DNA of 34,477 nucleotides from a virus (Duplodnaviria > Heunggongvirae > Uroviricota > Caudoviricetes): the IMG/VR virus record IMGVR_UViG_2667527818_000007. One strand, 5' to 3'. Positions 27,963 to 34,477 of the stretch are shown piece after piece. Under the pieces are notes generated by a model, which was given only the letters and a program-made list of their open reading frames with translations, had not been told where the DNA came from and did not search any database. The position numbers and the translations under genes were made by a program. Each line of letters opens with the position of its first letter. Within the stretch, counting starts at the first letter, position 1.

Positions 27963-28018
27963 TTTTCATCCGGTCAGCCAGGCTGACCGGTTAACCCCGA
28001 TTCAGAAGTGAGAAAACC

Positions 28019-28294
28019 ATGAACAAAGAAAATGTCATTACCCTGGACAATCCGGTCAAACGTGGTGAGCAGGTTATCGAACAGGTCACGCTGATGAAAC
28101 CCAGTGCCGGGACGCTGCGCGGTGTCAGTCTGGCTGCGGTCGCAAACTCAGAAGTCGATGCACTGATTAAGGTGCTGCCGCGCATGACGGCACCGATGCT
28201 GACCGAGCAGGAAGTCGCCGCACTGGAACTGCCTGACCTTGTGGCGCTGGCCGGTAAGGTGGTCGGTTTTTTGTCGCCGAACTCGGTGCAGTGA
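28019..28294 (+). CDS. E: tail assembly chaperone gpE (91 aa)
   Basis: Same length as P2 E; ends just after the slippery run ggt ttt ttg. Confidence 0.8.
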   Translation: MNKENVITLDNPVKRGEQVIEQVTLMKPSAGTLRGVSLAAVANSEVDALIKVLPRMTAPMLTEQEVAALELPDLVALAGKVVGFLSPNSVQ

Positions 28295-28446
28295 CGTTTC
28301 CGAAAAATCTGTCGGTCGATGACCTGATGGCGGATGTGGCAGTGATATTTCACTGGCCGCCATCAGAACTGTATCCCATGAGCCTGACCGAACTCATCAC
28401 ATGGCGCGAAAAGGCGCTCCGGCGAAGCGGAAACACGAATGAGTAA
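28019..28446 (+). CDS. gpE+E' extended chaperone produced by programmed -1 frameshift
   Basis: Slippery heptamer t-ttt-ttg at 28267..28273; the -1 frame is open from 28273 to the TAA at 28444..28446, overlapping the T start (28439). Confidence 0.65.
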
Positions 28447-30886
28447 CAATGTAAAATTACAGGTATTGCTCAGGGCTGTTGACCAGGCATCCCGCCCGTT
28501 TAAATCCATCCGCACAGCGAGCAAATCGCTGTCGGGGGATATCCGGGAAACACAAAAATCACTGCGCGAGCTGAACGGTCACGCATCCCGTATTGAGGGA
28601 TTTCGCAAGACCAGCGCACAGCTTGCCGTGACTGGTCATGCACTTGAAAAGGCACGGCAGGAAGCCGAAGCCCTTGCCACACAGTTTAAAAACACTGAAC
28701 GTCCGACCCGTGCTCAGGCGAAAGTGCTGGAATCCGCAAAGCGTGCGGCGGAGGACTTACAGGCGAAATATAACCGCCTGACAGATTCCATTAAACGCCA
28801 GCAGCGGGAACTGGCCGCTGTGGGAATTAATACCCGCAATCTTGCACATGATGAGCAGGGACTGAAAAACCGTATCAGTGAAACCACCGCACAGCTTAAC
28901 CGTCAGCGTGACGCGCTGGCGCGTGTTAGTGCACAACAGGCAAAACTTAACGCAGTAAAACAGCGTTATCAGGCCGGAAAGGAACTGGCCGGAAATATGG
29001 CCTCAGTGGGCGCTGCCGGTGTGGGGATTGCTGCTGCGGGAACGATGGCCGGAGTTAAGCTGCTGATGCCCGGTTATGAGTTTGCGCAGAAAAACTCAGA
29101 ATTGCAGGCTGTGCTCGGTGTGGCAAAAGACTCCGCCGAAATGGCTGCACTACGCAAGCAGGCGCGCCAGCTCGGCGACAATACCGCAGCCTCGGCAGAT
29201 GATGCAGCCGGTGCGCAGATTATTATTGCGAAAGCCGGTGGGGATGTTGATGCCATTCAGGCGGCAACGCCGGTCACGCTGAATATGGCGCTGGCGAACC
29301 GTCGCACGATGGAAGAAAACGCCGCCCTGCTGATGGGGATGAAATCCGCCTTTCAGCTTTCAAACGATAAGGTCGCTCATATCGGGGATATTCTCTCCAT
29401 GACGATGAACAAAACCGCCGCCGATTTTGATGGCATGAGCGATGCGCTGACCTATGCCGCACCTGTGGCAAAAAATGCTGGTGTCAGCATTGAAGAAACC
29501 GCCGCAATGGTCGGGGCGCTGCATGATGCAAAAATTACCGGTTCAATGGCGGGGACGGGAAGCCGTGCCGTGTTAAGTCGCCTGCAGGCACCGACGGGAA
29601 AAGCATGGGATGCACTGAAAGAGCTTGGCGTGAAAACCTCAGACAGTAAAGGGAATACTCGACCAGTATTTACCATTCTGAAAGAAATGCAGGCCAGTTT
29701 TGAGAAAAACCGGCTCGGTACTGCCCAGCAGGCTGAATACATGAAAACCATTTTCGGGGAGGAGGCCAGCTCAGCCGCCGCCGTGCTGATGACTGCCGCC
29801 TCAACCGGAAAGCTGGACAAACTGACCGCTGCGTTTAAAGCCTCAGACGGAAAGACCGCAGAGCTGGTAAATATCATGCAGGACAACCTCGGTGGTGACT
29901 TTAAGGAGTTTCAGTCCGCTTATGAGGCGGTGGGGACTGACCTGTTTGACCAGCAGGAAGGCGCACTGCGTAAGCTCACGCAGACGGCCACAAAGTATGT
30001 GTTAAAACTCGACGGCTGGATACAGAAAAACAAATCACTGGCGTCAACCATCGGCATCATTGTCGGTGGTGCACTGGCGCTGACTGGTGTCATCGGTGCC
30101 ATTGGCCTCGTAGCCTGGCCGGTTATCACCGGCATTAATGCCATCATCGCGGCAGCAGGCGCAATGGGTGCAATCTTCACGACGGTTGGCAGTGCCGTTA
30201 TGACGGCCATCGGGGCGATTAGCTGGCCGGTTGTGGCTGTGGTGGCCGCCATTGTCGCCGGGGCGTTGCTTATCCGTAAATACTGGGAGCCTGTCAGCGC
30301 ATTCTTTGGCGGTGTGGTTGAAGGGCTGAAAGCGGCATTTGCGCCGGTGAGGGAGCTGTTCACGCCACTGAAACCGGTGTTTGACTGGCTGGGCGAAAAG
30401 TTACAGGCCGCGTGGCAGTGGTTTAAAAATCTGATTGCCCCGGTTAAAGCCACACAGGACACCCTGAACCGTTGCCGTGACACGGGGGTCATGTTCGGGC
30501 AGGCACTGGCTGACGCGCTGATGCTGCCGCTTAATGCGTTCAACAAACTGCGCAGCGGTATTGACTGGGTACTGGAAAAACTCGGGGTTATCAACAAAGA
30601 GTCAGACACACTTGACCAGACCGCCGCCAGAACTCATGCCGCCACGTATGGCACCGGTGGTTATATTCCGGCGACCAGCTCTTATGCAGGTTATCAGGCT
30701 TATCAGCCGGTTACGGCACCGGCTGGCCGCTCTTATGTGGACCAGAGTAAAAACGAATATCACATCAGCCTGACGGGTGGTACTGCGCCGGGGACACAGC
30801 TTGACCGCCAGTTACAGGATGCGCTCGAAAAATACGAGCGGGATAAACGTGCGCGCGCCCGTGCCAGCATGATGCATGACGGTTAA
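28439..30886 (+). CDS. T: tail tape measure protein gpT (815 aa)
   Basis: Same length as P2 T; Ala/Gly-rich with hydrophobic central segments. Confidence 0.9.
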   Translation: MSNNVKLQVLLRAVDQASRPFKSIRTASKSLSGDIRETQKSLRELNGHASRIEGFRKTSAQLAVTGHALEKARQEAEALATQFKNTERPTRAQAKVLESAKRAAEDLQAKYNRLTDSIKRQQRELAAVGINTRNLAHDEQGLKNRISETTAQLNRQRDALARVSAQQAKLNAVKQRYQAGKELAGNMASVGAAGVGIAAAGTMAGVKLLMPGYEFAQKNSELQAVLGVAKDSAEMAALRKQARQLGDNTAASADDAAGAQIIIAKAGGDVDAIQAATPVTLNMALANRRTMEENAALLMGMKSAFQLSNDKVAHIGDILSMTMNKTAADFDGMSDALTYAAPVAKNAGVSIEETAAMVGALHDAKITGSMAGTGSRAVLSRLQAPTGKAWDALKELGVKTSDSKGNTRPVFTILKEMQASFEKNRLGTAQQAEYMKTIFGEEASSAAAVLMTAASTGKLDKLTAAFKASDGKTAELVNIMQDNLGGDFKEFQSAYEAVGTDLFDQQEGALRKLTQTATKYVLKLDGWIQKNKSLASTIGIIVGGALALTGVIGAIGLVAWPVITGINAIIAAAGAMGAIFTTVGSAVMTAIGAISWPVVAVVAAIVAGALLIRKYWEPVSAFFGGVVEGLKAAFAPVRELFTPLKPVFDWLGEKLQAAWQWFKNLIAPVKATQDTLNRCRDTGVMFGQALADALMLPLNAFNKLRSGIDWVLEKLGVINKESDTLDQTAARTHAATYGTGGYIPATSSYAGYQAYQPVTAPAGRSYVDQSKNEYHISLTGGTAPGTQLDRQLQDALEKYERDKRARARASMMHDG

Positions 30887-30900
30887 GGAGGTGACGAAAA

Positions 30901-31380
30901 ATGATGCTCGCGTTAGGTATGTTTGTTTTTATGCGCCAGACGCTGCCACACCAGACCATGCAGCGTGAATCAGATTATCGCTGGCCGTCAAATTCCCGTA
31001 TCGGCAAACGGGATGCCTTTCAATTTCTCGGTGTGGGTGAGGAAAACATCACGCTTGCCGGTGTGCTTTATCCCGAACTGACCGGCGGAAAGCTGACGAT
31101 GACCACGCTCAGGCTGATGGCTGAGGAAGGCCGGGCGTGGCCGTTGCTGGATGGCACTGGCATGATTTACGGCATGTATGTCATCAGCAAGGTGAGTGAA
31201 ACAGGGAGTATTTTCTTTGCAGACGGCACACCCCGAAAAATTGATTTTACGCTGTCGCTCACCCGCGTTGATGAATCACTGGCCGCGCTGTATGGCGATA
31301 TCGGTAAACAGGCGGAATCGCTCATCGGTAAGGCTGGCAGTATGGCGACCAGATTCACGGGTATGACGGGGGCGGGATAA
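30901..31380 (+). CDS. U: tail protein gpU (159 aa)
   Basis: Length and order as in P2. Confidence 0.85.
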   Translation: MMLALGMFVFMRQTLPHQTMQRESDYRWPSNSRIGKRDAFQFLGVGEENITLAGVLYPELTGGKLTMTTLRLMAEEGRAWPLLDGTGMIYGMYVISKVSETGSIFFADGTPRKIDFTLSLTRVDESLAALYGDIGKQAESLIGKAGSMATRFTGMTGAG

Positions 31381-32543
31381 TGTTGGATGCGCTGACATTT
31401 GATGCAGGCAGTACGCTGACGCCGGATTACATGCTGATGCTCGACAGCAGGGATATTACCGGCAATATCAGCGACCGTCTGATGAGCATGACCCTGACGG
31501 ATAACCGGGGCTTTGAGGCTGACCAGCTTGATATTGAACTGAACGATGCCGACGGGCAGGTCGGGCTGCCGGTTCGTGGCGCTGTCCTGACGGTGTATAT
31601 CGGCTGGAAAGGTTTTGCCCTGGTATGCAAAGGGAAATTTACCGTTGATGAGGTTGAACACCGGGGCGCGCCGGATGTGGTCACCATCCGCGCCCGGAGT
31701 GCAGATTTTCGCGGGACGCTCAATTCCCGCCGGGAAGGCTCCTGGCATGACACCACACTCGGTGCGATTGTTGAGGCGATAGCCTCCCGTAACAAGCTGG
31801 AGGCCAGTGTCGCTCCGTCACTGGCCGGAATTAAAATCCCGCACATCGACCAGTCGCAGGAGTCTGATGCGAAATTCCTGACCCGTCTTGCAGAACGCAA
31901 CGGCGGTGAGGTGTCGGTAAAAATGGGAAAACTGTTGTTTCTCAAAGCGGGGCAGGGGGTGACGGCCAGCGGTAAAAAAATCCCGCAGGTCACCATCACC
32001 CGCAGCGACGGCGACCGTCATCATTTTGCGATTGCTGACCGTGGAGCCTATACCGGCGTTACGGCAAAGTGGTTACACACCAAAGACCCGAAGCCGCAAA
32101 AGCAGAAGGTAAAACTGAAACGCAAAAAGAAAGAGAAACACCTGCGCGCACTGGAGCACCCGAAAGCGAAACCGGTCACGCAGAAGAAAGAGCCAAAAGT
32201 ACCGGAAGCGCGCGAAGGTGAATACATGGCCGGTGAGGCTGACAACGTTTTTGCCCTGACCACGGTATATGCCACGAAAGCACAGGCCATGCGCGCCGCT
32301 CAGGCGAAGTGGGATAAACTGCAACGGGGTGTTGCGGAGTTCTCCATCAGCCTGGCTACTGGTCGGGCAGATATTTACACGGAAACACCGGTTAAAGTGT
32401 CAGGCTTTAAGCGCGTCATAGACGAGCAGGACTGGACCATCACTAAGGTGACACATTGTCTCAATAATAGCGGCTTCACGACGTCCTTGGAGCTTGAGGT
32501 AAGGCTTTCTGATGTGGAGTACGAAACAGAAGATGATGAGTGA
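31380..32543 (+). CDS. D: tail protein gpD (387 aa)
   Basis: Length and order as in P2; Lys-rich insert near aa 230-260. Confidence 0.85.
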   Translation: MLDALTFDAGSTLTPDYMLMLDSRDITGNISDRLMSMTLTDNRGFEADQLDIELNDADGQVGLPVRGAVLTVYIGWKGFALVCKGKFTVDEVEHRGAPDVVTIRARSADFRGTLNSRREGSWHDTTLGAIVEAIASRNKLEASVAPSLAGIKIPHIDQSQESDAKFLTRLAERNGGEVSVKMGKLLFLKAGQGVTASGKKIPQVTITRSDGDRHHFAIADRGAYTGVTAKWLHTKDPKPQKQKVKLKRKKKEKHLRALEHPKAKPVTQKKEPKVPEAREGEYMAGEADNVFALTTVYATKAQAMRAAQAKWDKLQRGVAEFSISLATGRADIYTETPVKVSGFKRVIDEQDWTITKVTHCLNNSGFTTSLELEVRLSDVEYETEDDE

Positions 32544-32624
32544 TGCGGTTTATTTATCTGTTTGTTTTATAAGGGTAAATTAACTAAAATGGCACCATCA
32601 ACAAAACCGGAAGAGGTGCTCGCG

Positions 32625-32843
32625 ATGTTTCATTGTCCTTTATGCCAGCATGCCGCACATGCGCGTACAAGTCGCTATATCACTGACACGACAAAAGAGC
32701 GTTATCACCAGTGCCAGAACGTGAATTGCAGCGCCACGTTCATCACTTATGAGTCGGTACAGCGATACATCGTAAAGCCGGGAGAAGTCCACGCCGTAAG
32801 GCCGCACCCGTTACCGTCAGGGCAGCAAATTATGTGGATGTAA
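32625..32843 (+). CDS. ogr: late-gene transcription activator Ogr (72 aa, zinc finger)
   Basis: MFHCPLCQHAAHARTSRYIT...CQNVNCSATF: Cys-x2-Cys...Cys-x4-Cys zinc finger; 72 aa from the ATG at 32625, as in P2 Ogr; the tracked ORF is a 5' extension. Confidence 0.85.
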   Translation: MFHCPLCQHAAHARTSRYITDTTKERYHQCQNVNCSATFITYESVQRYIVKPGEVHAVRPHPLPSGQQIMWM

Positions 32844-32854
32844 TTACAAACAGA

Positions 32855-32880
32855 AAGCCCCTCAGCCGAGGGGCTTTTTT
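32855..32880 (+). terminator. intrinsic terminator after ogr
   Basis: aagcccctc-agcc-gaggggctt followed by tttttt. Confidence 0.8.
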
Positions 32881-32943
32881 GTCGATGTGGTCAATGTGTG
32901 GACGTGACCAGAAATAAATCCTTTTATTTCATTGAATTACGCG

Positions 32944-33021
32944 TAAAAAATAAGCCCGTGTAAGGGAGATTACACAGGCTAAGGAGGTGGTTCCTGGTAC
33001 AGCTAGCATTTTATGGGTTAT
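32944..33021 (-). ncRNA. cyaR: CyaR (RyeE) Hfq-dependent sRNA
   Basis: Minus strand reads gctgaaaaacataacccataaaatgctagctgtaccaggaaccacctccttagcctgtgtaatctcccttacacgggcttatttttt, matching my recollection of CyaR including the CCACCUCCUU seed-like motif and the terminator hairpin. Confidence 0.8.
32945..32971. repeat. attR core: second copy of the 27-bp att repeat; overlaps the cyaR terminator hairpin
   Basis: Exact match to 478..504. Confidence 0.85.
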
Positions 33022-33115
33022 GTTTTTCAGCGAAACGGATGATAACCTTAATAAATGCAGCTGTATGTGATCGGTTTCTAAGAATTTTCCATCCGGGAAA
33101 AATAATCGAAATTAA

Positions 33116-34477
33116 TCACTTACCGTGTGGGTTACGCGTGGTTTCCCCGGAGAAATTACGCATCAGCAGAGCGTAATTGAGCTCAAGATCCTGCGGGACC
33201 GGGAGCCACACAGTATAACCATCGCCTGGTGCGACCGGCATCGCTTCACCTTTGGCGTTTTCCATGTGCTCAAGGGTAAAGTTAATGTTGCCTTGCGGCG
33301 TCATCAGCTCAAGGCTGTCGCCAACGGAGAATTTATTTTTCACCGCTACCGCCGCGAGGTCCCCCTTGCGCTCACCGGTAAACTCACCAACAAACTGCTG
33401 GCGGTCAGAAACTGAATAACCGTATTCGTAGTTCTGATAATCGTCGTGAGTATGACGACGCAGGAAACCTTCGGTATAGCCACGATGCGCCAGACCTTCC
33501 AGAGTTTCCAGCAGGCTGGTATCGAACGGTTTGCCCGCAGCGGCGTCATCGATAGCTTTACGGTAAACCTGTGCGGTGCGTGCGCAATAGTAGAAAGATT
33601 TAGTACGGCCTTCGATTTTCAGCGAATGCACGCCCATTTTGGTCAGGCGTTCTACATGGGCGATGGCGCGCAGATCTTTCGAGTTCATGATGTAAGTGCC
33701 GTGCTCATCTTCAAACGCGGTCATATACTCGCCCGGACGCTGGGCTTCTTCGATCATAAACACTTTGTCGGTTGGCGCGCCGATACCCAGCGTCGGCTCA
33801 ACATTTTGCACCGGAATCGGCTCGTACTTGTGTACGATGTTGCCAACGTCATCTTCTTTCCCTTCCTGGACGTTGTACTCCCAGCGGCAGGCGTTGGTGC
33901 AGGTACCCTGGTTCGGATCGCGCTTGTTGATATAGCCAGAGAGCAGGCAGCGACCGGAGTAGGCCATGCACAGTGCGCCGTGAACGAAGATCTCGATCTC
34001 CATATCCGGCACCTGATTGCGGATCTCTTCAATCTCTTCCAGCGACAGCTCGCGAGAGAGGATCACGCGGGTCAGGCCCATTTGCTGCCAGAATTTCACC
34101 GTCGCCCAGTTTACGGCGTTAGCCTGCACCGAGAGGTGGATCGGCATTTCAGGGAAGTGCTCACGCACCAGCATAATCAGCCCTGGATCGGACATAATCA
34201 GCGCATCCGGCCCCATTTCCACCACCGGTTTCAGGTCACGGATAAAGGTTTTCAGCTTGGCGTTGTGCGGTGCAATGTTGACCACGACATAAAACTTTTT
34301 CCCCAGCGCGTGGGCTTCATTGATGCCGAGCTGAAGATTTTCGTGGTTGAATTCGTTGTTGCGCACACGCAGGGAGTAACGCGGCTGGCCCGCATAAACA
34401 GCATCTGCGCCATAAGCGAAAGCGTAACGCATATTTTTCAGCGTTCCCGCCGGGGAAAGGAGTTCCGGTTTAAACAT
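33116..34477 (-). CDS. yegQ: peptidase U32-family protein YegQ (453 aa; tRNA hydroxylation-associated)
   Basis: Complete 453-aa ORF beginning MFKPELLSPAGTLKNMRYAFAYGADAVYAGQPRYSLRV...; recognised as the U32 peptidase-family host gene next to cyaR. Confidence 0.8.
   Translation of the reverse strand: MFKPELLSPAGTLKNMRYAFAYGADAVYAGQPRYSLRVRNNEFNHENLQLGINEAHALGKKFYVVVNIAPHNAKLKTFIRDLKPVVEMGPDALIMSDPGLIMLVREHFPEMPIHLSVQANAVNWATVKFWQQMGLTRVILSRELSLEEIEEIRNQVPDMEIEIFVHGALCMAYSGRCLLSGYINKRDPNQGTCTNACRWEYNVQEGKEDDVGNIVHKYEPIPVQNVEPTLGIGAPTDKVFMIEEAQRPGEYMTAFEDEHGTYIMNSKDLRAIAHVERLTKMGVHSLKIEGRTKSFYYCARTAQVYRKAIDDAAAGKPFDTSLLETLEGLAHRGYTEGFLRRHTHDDYQNYEYGYSVSDRQQFVGEFTGERKGDLAAVAVKNKFSVGDSLELMTPQGNINFTLEHMENAKGEAMPVAPGDGYTVWLPVPQDLELNYALLMRNFSGETTRNPHGK

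Larger units (their letters stand above)
478..32971. mobile_element. P2-like prophage (integrated, apparently complete)
   Basis: Full P2 gene order with matching protein lengths, flanked by the 27-bp att repeat; cos sequence and immunity region present. Confidence 0.9.

Noticed and set aside
29920-30609. 229-aa antisense ORF inside the tape-measure gene T
   Set aside because: It is embedded antisense in an Ala/Gly-rich gene supported by length and synteny; typical artefact.

Overview
This window is a near-complete P2-like (Peduovirus-type) temperate prophage of about 32.5 kb (478..32971) in an E. coli-like enterobacterial chromosome. It is bounded by a 27-bp direct repeat (att core) and integrated at the 3' end of the sRNA gene cyaR, next to the host gene yegQ. 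Gene order and protein lengths match P2 almost gene for gene: int, C, cox, B, A | cos | Q, P, O, N, M, L, X, Y, K, lysA/B/C, R, S, V, W, J, I, H, G | cargo | FI, FII, E(+E'), T, U, D, ogr. The most interesting part is the G-FI accessory hotspot (22037..26240), where an AT-rich insert carries two minus-strand genes: a 504-aa protein with sirtuin (SIR2)-like motifs and a 451-aa protein of unknown function. I read this as a candidate two-gene anti-phage system whose gene composition does not match the SIR2 systems I know; its function and novelty are inferred, not shown. The second P2 hotspot (between A and cos, where P2 has tin/old) has no large cargo but holds a 37-codon hydrophobic ORF with a strong ribosome-binding site and a 15-nt repeat that could support antisense regulation. 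All calls rest on reading the sequence and on recalled P2 biology; no database search was run.
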